Below are positions 45,901 through 55,250 of a stretch of 64,000 nt of DNA, piece by piece. Source of the stretch: a virus (lineage: Duplodnaviria; Caudoviricetes). Under the pieces are notes generated by a model. The model saw nothing but the letters and a program-made list of their open reading frames with translations. It had not been told where the DNA came from and ran no database searches. Each line of letters starts with the position of its first letter. The stretch's first letter is position 1. Location of the stretch: positions 10,955 to 74,954 of IMG/VR virus record IMGVR_UViG_3300011268_000751. One strand, 5' to 3'. The translations under genes and the position numbers were made by a program.

Positions 45901-48900
45901 CTTAATTAATAAGGCACCAGTTTCTTTACTACCAATCTTAACATTATCATCAACAAATTCTAAAATACCAGAAATAGTTAATTGTGATGTTGGATTTGTA
46001 GTTCCTATACCAACTTTCGCTAGGGTATGAATACCTGCAGAAGTTACAATCCACAGAGAGTCTGCATTTGCTGCAATGACTCCAGTTAATCCAGATCCAT
46101 CACCAATAAACTGTGCGGCACTTACAAATCCAGAAACTACTTCATTACCTATAATATCAACTGTTACTCTTGGATTGGTAGTTCCTACACCAATTGTTCC
46201 ATTAAAGTATGAATTTCCAGCAATTTGTAACTTTTGATTAGATGTTCCAGTAGAAGTTCCTCCACCAATCAGCACTGGACCATTTCTAAAACTTACCAAC
46301 CCAGCAGATACTAATGAAGTATTTGCGGTTATATTAGATGCTGTTATATTGGTTGAAGTTAAATTAGTAACAACACCAACACCATAATTTAAATTAATAC
46401 CTTGTAAGTTGGTTATAGTTCCATATCCAACATACTGAATATTGTTACCAACGATATTAAAAACATTTCCTACAATATTCGTTAAGTTATCAATTGTTGC
46501 AGATGGTGAAACAATAAGACTAGTTGCATTAAATGTTGTGGCAGTTACAACTCCACTTACAATAGCATTCCCACGAACATCTAAAGCTTGTCTTGGTGCG
46601 GTAGATCCAAGACCAACTCTTGAAATTGTATTAATGCCTGCATAGGTAGACTCCCAAATAAAGAGTTGTCTGATAGAGTCATTAATACTTACAGTAACAA
46701 TACCAGCAGAAACAGGAGAAGCATCAAAGAAACCATCAAAGTTTAAAGTTGCCGCAACGCCAACAAAATTCCCATTATTTCTAATGTTAATACCAGGACT
46801 TACTGTTGCAGTAATGTTATAAAGACCAGATCCATCACCATATATTTTTGCAAATGTTGCAATTCCTTGGAAATGAGAGTCGCCATAAACAGTAAATTTT
46901 GCGATTGGTGCAGTGCTTCCAATGCCAACAAAGAAGTCATTATTACCAATAATCCAAGAACTATTTCCAGCACCGATTGCTAATTGGTGTGATCCATAAT
47001 CATCCAGAAGCTGAGCACTATATCCAATTGCAACATTATATGATCCACTCCGAAGATCACATCCAGCGAAGGCACCAAAGAAACTGTTATAATTTCCTGT
47101 GCTATAAAGACCAGTATCTCTACCAATAAATACGTTCTCTCTACCAGTTATGTTACATCTTCCAGTGCTACAACCAAGGAAGATGTTCCAACTACCAGTA
47201 GTATTATAAGAACCAGTAAATCTACCAAAGAATATGTTATAAGATCCAGTAGTATTACGCTTACCAGCACACTCACCGAAGAAGTTATTATATCCACCAG
47301 AAGTATTTGCTCTACCAGCCTCATAACCAAAGAAATTATTGGATGAACCAGAGAAATTACACTGCCCTGCAAAGGCGCCCATGAAGTTATTCCAACTTCC
47401 ATAAGCATTTGCTGAACTTGTTCCAGCGTAATAACCAATATAATTATTTCCACAACCAGTAGTATTATTATATCCAGGTCTATATCCAATAAAGGTATTA
47501 AACTTTTCTTCGGGAGTTAATGTATATAATGGAGTTGTCTCTGAAGACATTCCAATTTTAACATTAAATCCAACAAACTCCTGCCTACCACTAACAGTCA
47601 ATCTATTAGAGGCAGTTGTAGTTCCAATACCAATATTCAGACCTGTATAAATTCCAGAAGAATTATAATCCCACTGACCTGCCTTGCTTAGATTGGTAAT
47701 ACCACTACCATCACCAATAAATGTTCCAATAAATGCTGGAGATTTTATAGTATTTGCATTAACAATATTGCCATCAAACTGAGTGGCAGTTACAATACCT
47801 GTTCCACTAACAATAACATTACCAACAACAGTTAGTTTTGCTCTTGAAACATCAATTGTCCCAATTCCAACACTTCCAGAAGTCCAAATACCAACTGATT
47901 GTCCTTGTGCTGATGGAGACCAACGAGATGCAATAATATTTGGAATGTTAGTAAGGAGAGAACCATCACCAGAAAACTTATCTGCGGTTACAATACCAGT
48001 AAATCTTGCGCTACCAACAACATCTAATTTTGCATTTGGTATAGCAGTTCCAATACCAATATTCAGATTTTCATCACCAACTAACCAGTATTCTGACTGG
48101 CCTGTTGTGTTTAGACCAATTGCAAGTTGCTTATCTTTATTTGGGAAATAAGCATCAAAATAATTCCAATCAACGAAATCTGGAGGAGTAAATGTTGGGA
48201 GAGCAGTTCCTTGTCCCAATAAGATCTTATAAGATGCTAATTGAGATGTTCCAGTATAATTACCAAAATAAGCATTATCATGACCCTCAGTATTATAAAA
48301 ACCTGCTGCCTGACCTATAAAAGTATTCTTATATCCCTCAACATTATTATATCCAGCAACATTACCAAAGAAATTGTTATCATATGAAACTAAACTGTTA
48401 TACCCAGTGCATTCACCGATAAAAATATTTCTATATCCGGTAGTATTTGCATATCCTGCTTTCTTACCAATGAAGATATTTTCTGCACCAAATGTATTTG
48501 AGTGACCTGCCTTCTCACCCACAAATACATTACTACAACCAGTTCTGTTAAAGAATCCAGAGCACTGTCCGAAGAAAACGTTATATGCCCCAGAAGTATT
48601 GTTCTTACCTGCTTTTTCTCCTATGAATACGTTTGCATTTCCACAGTTTTCATATCCAGCACACGTCCCAAAGAAATTATTGTGACTTCCACAATAATTA
48701 TAAGCACCAGCTCTATAACCAAAGAAATTATTATATGATCCATCACAACCAGCACATAATCCAGCAGATTCGCCAATATAAGTATTAAAGGATCCAGTAG
48801 AATTATAATAACCTGTAAATCTTCCAATAAAAACGTTAGATGACCCAGTAGAATTATAATATCCTGACAGTTTTCCTAAGAAAACGTTATTTTCACCAGT

Positions 48901-50349
48901 TAAATTTGAAGCGCCAGTCTGTTTTCCAATGAATATATTGTCAACACCAGTGTTACATTCTCCAGAATTTCTAAATGAATTTCTTCCAGAACCAGAACAT
49001 TCTCCAATATAGATATTACCATCTGCTCTGTTCCAGTATCCAGCATCTTTACCAATTGCAATAGTATTATTATTATTGAAATGACAATATCCTGCACCAG
49101 ATCCTAAAAATATGTTATTCCCACCAGCAGAAGTTCTATTCGCTCCTGTATCAAAATCACCAATAGTAATATTACCATCAACAAATCCCATAACTCCATT
49201 AAGAGTTAATGGGAATATAGCATCATTTGTTCCTAACCCAACATGAAGTGAAGTATGGATTCCTGTATTATTTTTAGACCAATAGTTTTCAACTAGTAAA
49301 GATGAGTAATTTGTCCCATCAGGAGAAAAATCTACCCACTGAGTAGAGTCTACATCAGCATAATATATGTAAGCTCTACCATCAGTTGAATTAAACCAAA
49401 GATTTCCTACCAAAGGAGAAGTTGGAGGAGTATCAGATATTGTGACGGTTAATACTGGGTCTGGTGGTGATAAGTCAATCCATTGAGTTGAGTCAGAATC
49501 TTCATAATATAGAAATGTTCTTCCAACATTAGAGTCATACCATAGGTTTCCAGGAAATGCAGTAGTCGGAGGTGTCTCTCCAACATACATCGTCGGAACA
49601 TATATTCCACTACCAAAAAACTTAGGTGCTGTTACAAATCCAACAACTGATAATGAACTTCCAATTCCTACATTTCCGTTAAAAGTAGAATTTCCAACTA
49701 CTTGAAATGCGGAAGATAATGTTGAGGTTCCTATTCCTACATTTGAAAATGTATGAATTCCTGTTACGTTTTTAACCCAATATGACTCTCCTCCTCCACC
49801 ACCACCAAAAATAGGACCGCCGCCGCCACCACCACCACCTTCACCAGTCTCAATACCAACATCTACTCTTACTATTCCAGATTCAATGCCACTAACAATA
49901 AGATAATCACCAAAGTTAATTGATGTGACTAGTCCAATATACCTATTACTATCTAAAACAGTAACATAAGAAGTTACTGTAGATACTCCAGAAGACTCTG
50001 GGGTAAGTATTAAGTTATGCCCGAAATCAATAGTCGTAACCAACCCAACATAACTCTTATCATCCCAAAGGGTTGAGTAAGAAGTTACTGTTACTATTCC
50101 AGAAATTCTCGGGCTTACTGATAAATTGTAACCAAAATCAATAGTTGATACAATACCTACTACTACATCACTATCCCATACAAATAATGCTCCATAATCG
50201 GCGTAGATCTTTCCATAATCATCAATGAAAAGTTGTCTACGATAAGGAGCATCTTCACGATTTTCTATTACATGTAAATTTACGTCACCGAAAAATCTAG
50301 CACCTTGATTGAAATATGCTTGTCTACCTGTTACAGTTACTCTTTCCAT
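42958..50349 (-). CDS. Giant tail fibre (2463 aa) with C-terminal intramolecular chaperone (peptidase S74)
   Basis: C-term SDRKLKTNI...GVTFDWK...GVVAQEIEKVLP.LV...SVNY.GL..LL.E.VKEQQ..I..LK; three NxFxG repeat blocks; about 11 GDGS joints; poly-Gly hinge at ~49790-49845. Confidence 0.85.
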   Translation of the reverse strand: MERVTVTGRQAYFNQGARFFGDVNLHVIENREDAPYRRQLFIDDYGKIYADYGALFVWDSDVVVGIVSTIDFGYNLSVSPRISGIVTVTSYSTLWDDKSYVGLVTTIDFGHNLILTPESSGVSTVTSYVTVLDSNRYIGLVTSINFGDYLIVSGIESGIVRVDVGIETGEGGGGGGGGPIFGGGGGGESYWVKNVTGIHTFSNVGIGTSTLSSAFQVVGNSTFNGNVGIGSSLSVVGFVTAPKFFGSGIYVPTMYVGETPPTTAFPGNLWYDSNVGRTFLYYEDSDSTQWIDLSPPDPVLTVTISDTPPTSPLVGNLWFNSTDGRAYIYYADVDSTQWVDFSPDGTNYSSLLVENYWSKNNTGIHTSLHVGLGTNDAIFPLTLNGVMGFVDGNITIGDFDTGANRTSAGGNNIFLGSGAGYCHFNNNNTIAIGKDAGYWNRADGNIYIGECSGSGRNSFRNSGECNTGVDNIFIGKQTGASNLTGENNVFLGKLSGYYNSTGSSNVFIGRFTGYYNSTGSFNTYIGESAGLCAGCDGSYNNFFGYRAGAYNYCGSHNNFFGTCAGYENCGNANVFIGEKAGKNNTSGAYNVFFGQCSGFFNRTGCSNVFVGEKAGHSNTFGAENIFIGKKAGYANTTGYRNIFIGECTGYNSLVSYDNNFFGNVAGYNNVEGYKNTFIGQAAGFYNTEGHDNAYFGNYTGTSQLASYKILLGQGTALPTFTPPDFVDWNYFDAYFPNKDKQLAIGLNTTGQSEYWLVGDENLNIGIGTAIPNAKLDVVGSARFTGIVTADKFSGDGSLLTNIPNIIASRWSPSAQGQSVGIWTSGSVGIGTIDVSRAKLTVVGNVIVSGTGIVTATQFDGNIVNANTIKSPAFIGTFIGDGSGITNLSKAGQWDYNSSGIYTGLNIGIGTTTASNRLTVSGRQEFVGFNVKIGMSSETTPLYTLTPEEKFNTFIGYRPGYNNTTGCGNNYIGYYAGTSSANAYGSWNNFMGAFAGQCNFSGSSNNFFGYEAGRANTSGGYNNFFGECAGKRNTTGSYNIFFGRFTGSYNTTGSWNIFLGCSTGRCNITGRENVFIGRDTGLYSTGNYNSFFGAFAGCDLRSGSYNVAIGYSAQLLDDYGSHQLAIGAGNSSWIIGNNDFFVGIGSTAPIAKFTVYGDSHFQGIATFAKIYGDGSGLYNITATVSPGINIRNNGNFVGVAATLNFDGFFDASPVSAGIVTVSINDSIRQLFIWESTYAGINTISRVGLGSTAPRQALDVRGNAIVSGVVTATTFNATSLIVSPSATIDNLTNIVGNVFNIVGNNIQYVGYGTITNLQGINLNYGVGVVTNLTSTNITASNITANTSLVSAGLVSFRNGPVLIGGGTSTGTSNQKLQIAGNSYFNGTIGVGTTNPRVTVDIIGNEVVSGFVSAAQFIGDGSGLTGVIAANADSLWIVTSAGIHTLAKVGIGTTNPTSQLTISGILEFVDDNVKIGSKETGALLIKNIGILNSFVGVGAAASITSGAYNSFFGSFTGKFTTTGCYNSFFGSNAGQCNTTGDSNSFFGFLAGRCNTTGFRNSFFGRSSGVCNTTGRTNSFFGFYSGVNNATGCNNTFFGSFVGCSQNSSYKIVIGSGQGASYFDFPVVERGKTLAIGINSLGFNEYWLVGNERLNIGIGTTNPNSRLSVGGDVDVAGVVTSRRLSTGSIIGTSITGTALSVTSISGTDIFVSGNGVVSGIFTAGVVTATSFFGDGSKLTGIIAEGSGVLVRDDDILLGTASVLNFGENISLTSIVSGITTVNVVNYWSSGGTGIITTGSIGIGTTSASSTLTVYGDALITGVVTASAFFGDVGYARTSGISTYARTAGVATYASIAGVSTNVNGGTANVIGLNVTGITTLGNANISNINSVGVITAGVVTATTFFGDGSKLTGISVGISSVAEYAKVAGISTIAGIATNVSGGTANVTSLNVSGITTLGPTNISNIINVGIITAGIVTATTFFGDGSKLTGISAGISSVAEYAKVAGIATIAGVATSVIGGVASVTQLNVTGISTLGVVTATTYYGDGSFLTGITASQWVTTSSGIHTLSNVGIGTTNPTSRLTVSGDGLFTGVVTATSFYGDGSQLTGIVAQGSGVSVRDSGSLIGIAATLDFGDNLTVTFNSGYATIDSVTGISTQWITTPVGIHTFTNLGVGTATPTSRLHVIGDAIITGVVTAGIVSATTFFGDGSKLTGISAGISSVAEYARVAGIATYAQTAGIATYATRSGVSTYASVAGLATYSSSAGVATYASSSGISTSVSGGFASVTNLNVTGISTLGVVTVTQLYSAGIVTALRFIGDGSQLSGVAAETSKQWITTSVGIHTLVNVGVGTTNPTSKLTVAGNLYVTGIITSTDYDSLSDRKLKTNIEPIQNPIETVKQIRGVTFDWKNTNRSSAGVVAQEIEKVLPQLVNGDETKSVNYNGLIGLLIECVKEQQKEIDELKKRLL

Positions 50350-50360
50350 ATTTCATCCAC

Positions 50361-51374
50361 CTATGATAGGGTGAAGGTAGAAGAAGTATAATCAGTTACA
50401 CTTGTCAATAAGGAAGTTTCTATATCACCTATATCACCTAACACTCCACTACTAAGTGCTGATGATATACTATCAACACCACCACCAAGAAGTGATGATC
50501 CTATATCACCCAAAGAACCAGTTAATCCACTGGTAAGACCACCAGTAACGCTCCCTAAGGCACTATTTAAACCTCCAGATAAACCACTAGATAATGCTCC
50601 AGTTAATCCACTAGTTAAACCTCCAGTTAGTCCTCCAGCAAGATCTCCTAAACCTCCTGTCAATGCTCCCGTCAATCCTCCAGTTAGTCCTCCAGCAAGA
50701 TCTCCTACAATACCACCCAATCCACCAGTTAATCCTCCAGTTAGTCCTCCTACAAGACCTCCTAATCCGCCACCAGTTAGACCACCTACCAAATCTCCAA
50801 CTAATCCACCACCAAGGATAGATCCTAAACCACCACCACCTAATAATGAACTTGCAACACCAAAAGCACCAGAAAGAATATCACCACCAACAAAACTATT
50901 TTCAAAAACTTTAACACCAAAAGTATCTTCAATTAAGTTTCCAGTTAGTCCATCAGCATCAACTTTATTTGCCGATAATAATACTCTACCAGACCCCCCT
51001 TTAATATTAACATTTCTTCCAGCTCTTATGTCTACATCTTCATCCGCTTCAAGCATAATATTATGTGCCTTTATTCTTACTCTACCAGTTCTCTCTGCAA
51101 TAATTGATATATCCCCATTTTTTCCTGAAATCAATATGTCTATTCCTGTTTCTTTATTCTTTACTCCACCAACCATTTCTATGGTTCTCTCATTATAAAT
51201 TCTATATGTTCCACCTTCACTAAATCCAGTTAAAGCAACATCTTTACTGTCATTGACAGCATACATGTTATAAACATCATATCCGTCATTACCAACTTGA
51301 GGATTATTAGTATCAATCCTATACTTAGGACCCAAACTAAATATATCTCTTGCTTCCCAATTATATTCTGCCAT
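50361..51374 (-). CDS. Putative spike/needle (gp5C-like) protein with a Gly-Leu-rich C-terminal extension
   Basis: Beta-strand repeats (DILISGKNGDISIIAE..VRIKAHNIMLEADEDVDIRAGRNVNIK); directly downstream of gp5; GGL(T/V) repeats at ~50460-50850. Confidence 0.55.
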   Translation of the reverse strand: MAEYNWEARDIFSLGPKYRIDTNNPQVGNDGYDVYNMYAVNDSKDVALTGFSEGGTYRIYNERTIEMVGGVKNKETGIDILISGKNGDISIIAERTGRVRIKAHNIMLEADEDVDIRAGRNVNIKGGSGRVLLSANKVDADGLTGNLIEDTFGVKVFENSFVGGDILSGAFGVASSLLGGGGLGSILGGGLVGDLVGGLTGGGLGGLVGGLTGGLTGGLGGIVGDLAGGLTGGLTGALTGGLGDLAGGLTGGLTSGLTGALSSGLSGGLNSALGSVTGGLTSGLTGSLGDIGSSLLGGGVDSISSALSSGVLGDIGDIETSLLTSVTDYTSSTFTLS

Positions 51375-51386
51375 TCTGGATTTAAT

Positions 51387-53927
51387 TTATGTTGGACAAT
51401 CTTTAACGTAATTAACTTTTTCTTGTAGTATTCTTCTACGCAGTCTTGCTTTTTCTCTTGCTCTTATAACTTCTGGTGCAAGAGCAGGTAATTCTTGCTC
51501 TTGAATTGCAAGTTGAACGACAAGAGGTTCTGCAGGATCAGGAATTTGTGGAACATTATATTCACGTTCACGTAAAAGTTCATCTTTAAGTGGTAGATTT
51601 GGTTCTCCATCTACAAGAGAATCAGGGTATTCTATTGAACCTATAATAGGTATTAAAGAAGCACCGGTCCCAGTGTCAGATGTAATATTAATTTGTGGTA
51701 AATCAGTTACTTCTGTAGTATTTATTGGAGTTACTTCTAGGATTTCTCCAGTATCTTCATCAACAACAGCTTCATATTTGTTTCCAAAATCATCCGTTAT
51801 AGTAGGATCTATATAACCAGATCCACCATCCTCAACAACAACATTAATAACCTCATATTCTTGAATCTCGGATACAGGATAGTTTTCACCAGTAGAAACC
51901 ATATATGCACTAATAATTCTACCATCATCATTAATTTGTGTTCTTGCTATTGCACCATAACCATCATTACAATTATCAGTAAATTGAATATTGGGAGGAT
52001 ATCGATATCCAACTCCAGAATTTTGAACCTGAACTCCTATGATACTACCAACTCTTTTACCATTCCTCTTCATCTTGTATTTTCCCATTAATGGTCTAAC
52101 TCTGGCACCATATCCACCACCACCAAAAACTTGAGCGGTTGGAGGATTACAGTTTAATGGTGGACCAGTATAGCAACTAGCATTACTATTCTTACTCTTA
52201 CCATTAAAAACATTTAGAGAACCTACTAGACTCTCAAAATCACTAGCTGCTCTAGAAAATGTAGATCCTTCAGCAAAAGATTTATAAATTTTTACTTTGG
52301 TTCCAGATTTATATTGATTACCAAGATCACCTCTAGAAACTTGAACCTTATGAGTTCCAGTTTCAACTTTTAGAACACTCATAACTTCATCTTTTATTTT
52401 AATACTGTAACCTTCTTTTACAAGATCAATATCTCTTATTTTAATTGTGGTTTCATTTTTACTAACCTTATTAGTAATCTTAGATGTCACAAAATCTTTT
52501 CTTTGTTCCTCAGTTTGTGTTATAACAGAATCTGGAAGTTCATTCTCATATATAACTGCCTTTCCAACCTTTTTACCGGCATTCATAGTATCCAAGATTT
52601 GCTTATATAAATCATTTCCTCTATATCCTTTACTTCCAGATCCAACTGCAAGATTTCCTGTCAGTCCAGAACACTTCTTCCTATTTTGTTTACAATCTAA
52701 AACACCACCACCACTATTCAGGTAATTTGAAACAGATCCTCTTAAAAGATTTTCTAAACTAAATCCAGGAGAAAGAATTTTAGTTACGGCATCAAGAAGT
52801 GGTGATAAGTTTCTAATCATTTCATCAATCAGAACATTTAATAATCCGGCGGTAAATTCAACTCCAGAACACTCTGTATAATTTTCAACGTTTTTAACAT
52901 ATTTTTCAACTAAATCTTTAATTTTCTTATAAGAAGAATTTATACTTTTGCTGGCAGCACATGGAATACCCTTTTCAAGAGCTTTAACTGGGGCAACCAG
53001 TGCCTGTTGAGCTAAAACTCCTGCAGCATGAGCTACAGCAAATTTACATGCAGGATCACATGGAGTTATAGAATAAACATATGCAAATATTTTAGAATAT
53101 AAAAGATCTAATCCATTTGATAGTATTCCAATCAACTTGGTATATACATTTTTAAACATTTGTCCGATAAAACCGTTCGACATTCCTTGAATTTTATCAA
53201 CGGTTCTTTTTATTTCAGAAGAAATATCCATAGCAATTGATGGAATTTTTAGCCTACCGACTAAATTTTCCATTTCAGACATTAAACTTTGAGCTATAGT
53301 ACTCTTACAAGAATTTGCAGAAATAATCTTATTTCCAATAGCATTAAAATAAGAAAGTTCCGGTAATATCGATTTACCAAATTCACTACCATATTGACTT
53401 TTTAATTCACTATTTAATTTACCAACCTGACTAGGATCAAGAGTTCTTGGAGACTTTTGTGAATTTTTGTTCTGCTCGTTTGTCTGATCTGCAGGAATTA
53501 CAGATCCATCATTCTTAACTTGATTAGTATAACCTGTAAATGGTTCAAAGGGATTTTTAAATTTTTCGGTCGAAACTTCTGATGTTCTACCAAAACATCC
53601 AAGAATAACAGGTATTTGCCCATTATCACCATCAAGAAAAAATCCAAAAACAACATCACCCGGTTGAATTTTTATATTTGTTGCATAATTTGCAGCACCT
53701 GTTCCTGCTGTTGCCGGCAAAAGAACCTGAGCCCACGGAAGATCATTATTAGGTAAAATTTTCTCATCATGAGTATGATATCCCATAATGCGAACTTTAA
53801 CTCTATTTCCCCATCCCTCACCATTCTCTTGTTTACCCTGAGCTTCTATTGGTGGAACTTGTCCTATCCACCATCTAAAACCATCTCTACCGACGAAGTT
53901 ACTTTTTAGTAAGGACTCTTCTATCAT
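51387..53927 (-). CDS. gp5: Baseplate hub subunit gp5-like (N-terminal OB-fold; no T4-lysozyme domain recognised)
   Basis: FRWWIGQV...RVKVRIMGYH...DLPWAQVLLP...GDVVFGFFLDG..GQ.PVILG. Confidence 0.85.
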   Translation of the reverse strand: MIEESLLKSNFVGRDGFRWWIGQVPPIEAQGKQENGEGWGNRVKVRIMGYHTHDEKILPNNDLPWAQVLLPATAGTGAANYATNIKIQPGDVVFGFFLDGDNGQIPVILGCFGRTSEVSTEKFKNPFEPFTGYTNQVKNDGSVIPADQTNEQNKNSQKSPRTLDPSQVGKLNSELKSQYGSEFGKSILPELSYFNAIGNKIISANSCKSTIAQSLMSEMENLVGRLKIPSIAMDISSEIKRTVDKIQGMSNGFIGQMFKNVYTKLIGILSNGLDLLYSKIFAYVYSITPCDPACKFAVAHAAGVLAQQALVAPVKALEKGIPCAASKSINSSYKKIKDLVEKYVKNVENYTECSGVEFTAGLLNVLIDEMIRNLSPLLDAVTKILSPGFSLENLLRGSVSNYLNSGGGVLDCKQNRKKCSGLTGNLAVGSGSKGYRGNDLYKQILDTMNAGKKVGKAVIYENELPDSVITQTEEQRKDFVTSKITNKVSKNETTIKIRDIDLVKEGYSIKIKDEVMSVLKVETGTHKVQVSRGDLGNQYKSGTKVKIYKSFAEGSTFSRAASDFESLVGSLNVFNGKSKNSNASCYTGPPLNCNPPTAQVFGGGGYGARVRPLMGKYKMKRNGKRVGSIIGVQVQNSGVGYRYPPNIQFTDNCNDGYGAIARTQINDDGRIISAYMVSTGENYPVSEIQEYEVINVVVEDGGSGYIDPTITDDFGNKYEAVVDEDTGEILEVTPINTTEVTDLPQINITSDTGTGASLIPIIGSIEYPDSLVDGEPNLPLKDELLREREYNVPQIPDPAEPLVVQLAIQEQELPALAPEVIRAREKARLRRRILQEKVNYVKDCPT

Positions 53928-55249
53928 TTGTTGTTAGTTCCGTGTAGTCCAAATGTATCTCTAATTAACTTCATGGATGTATATGAAGCTTCACCATCAA
54001 AGTGATGACATAATTCTTTTATCATATATAGACCACTTTGTTCCTCATCATATTCATCCTTATCACTATTGGAGATTTTAGGGAATTTACAAGTAATAAT
54101 ATCTCCAGCATTTAAATTAGTATTTAAAGCAACTGTCATATTGACAGATTGTGTAAAGAGAATGTTATATCTCATTAAAGCCTGGGATTGATATTTTCCA
54201 GGATCAGCATTAACTTGTTTAGACACAGTAGGATCTAAAGTTCCAACATCCATAACTTGTGTTATTATTCTTGTTGGACTTTCCCCTAAAGACGTTGAAT
54301 TTGAACTGGATATATTAGGAAGTTTTAAAGACTGTCCTAAATTTTTAACTCCCGATGAATAATTATTGAGAGTGAATTTACCTTCAGAAGGAGATGTAAA
54401 TGTAAATTTTAAAGGGTCATAAAACATTCTGTAACTAGAATATGTTCCTAGTCTTAATTTTTCTAAAAGATTTTGATTTTTATCAGTAAAATACTTTAAA
54501 ATTTTAAAATCATTATTTCTATTAATTTTATTTTCATTTACTTGAGTATAATAATATTCAGCTTTAGATGTCTGTTTAATTAATTCATCTATTGATCTAA
54601 ATTGAAATCCTTCTTTAGTCTGAAAGAATAAAAACCCTGCACTAGAGTCCCCAGAAGCAGAAGGAACTGCCTTTGATGCTAACCATACCAAAACCGTAAA
54701 TGGTTTTCTCATGTTTCCAATAAAACCATACTTATTTGTTGTTCTATCAATAGTTCCTACCTTTTCCGTTTTCAAATATTCTTTCAATATATCTCTGACT
54801 GAAGTATCAATAGTAGAAGCAGTTGAATATTTCTTTAGAACCCTACTAGTTTCATTTGTTATTGCTTCTCTGGAAACCAAATTAAGAACGAATGATTCCC
54901 TTTGAGTTTCTGAAATAACTTCAGTTATACTAGAAACATAAAAATAATCTTTAACATTCTTTGAAAAATCTAGCCCAGCATTTCCCTCAGAATTTTTCTT
55001 TATTTTTAGAGCAACCCTTTCTCCACCTCTTAGTGGTAATCCATTATAAATGGATTGAAAACCACCACCAGAAGATGATGGAATTGAGTCTCCAGTATTT
55101 ACAACTCTAATTTTAGCAGTAACAGTTGGTGAGAAAATATCTTCATAATAGTCAATCGAAACCGTTCCCGTCCTAATATCTACTGACTTACTTTGATCGT
55201 TTGACTCTATAGTCAATAATTCATATAGTGACTTATCGATTGCTGCCAT
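53924..55249 (-). CDS. Baseplate hub protein (gp27-like)
   Basis: IDYYEDIFSPTVTA.I...FLFFQTKEGFQFRSIDEL...V.LNTNLNAGDII...SGLY.I.EL.H.F...T..KL.RD; position next to gp5. Confidence 0.65.
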   Translation of the reverse strand: MAAIDKSLYELLTIESNDQSKSVDIRTGTVSIDYYEDIFSPTVTAKIRVVNTGDSIPSSSGGGFQSIYNGLPLRGGERVALKIKKNSEGNAGLDFSKNVKDYFYVSSITEVISETQRESFVLNLVSREAITNETSRVLKKYSTASTIDTSVRDILKEYLKTEKVGTIDRTTNKYGFIGNMRKPFTVLVWLASKAVPSASGDSSAGFLFFQTKEGFQFRSIDELIKQTSKAEYYYTQVNENKINRNNDFKILKYFTDKNQNLLEKLRLGTYSSYRMFYDPLKFTFTSPSEGKFTLNNYSSGVKNLGQSLKLPNISSSNSTSLGESPTRIITQVMDVGTLDPTVSKQVNADPGKYQSQALMRYNILFTQSVNMTVALNTNLNAGDIITCKFPKISNSDKDEYDEEQSGLYMIKELCHHFDGEASYTSMKLIRDTFGLHGTNNK

Positions 55250-55250
55250 T

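Noticed and set aside
1120-50349. Diversity-generating retroelement or invertible shufflon acting on fibres
   Set aside because: No reverse transcriptase, no TR/VR pair with adenine-specific mismatches and no recombinase or inverted fibre segments were seen in this window. Cannot be excluded elsewhere in the genome.
51387-53927. Intein or intron in gp5 or the giant fibres
   Set aside because: No intein splice motifs (N-terminal Cys block with C-terminal HN) or homing-endonuclease motifs were recognised, and the ORFs are uninterrupted.
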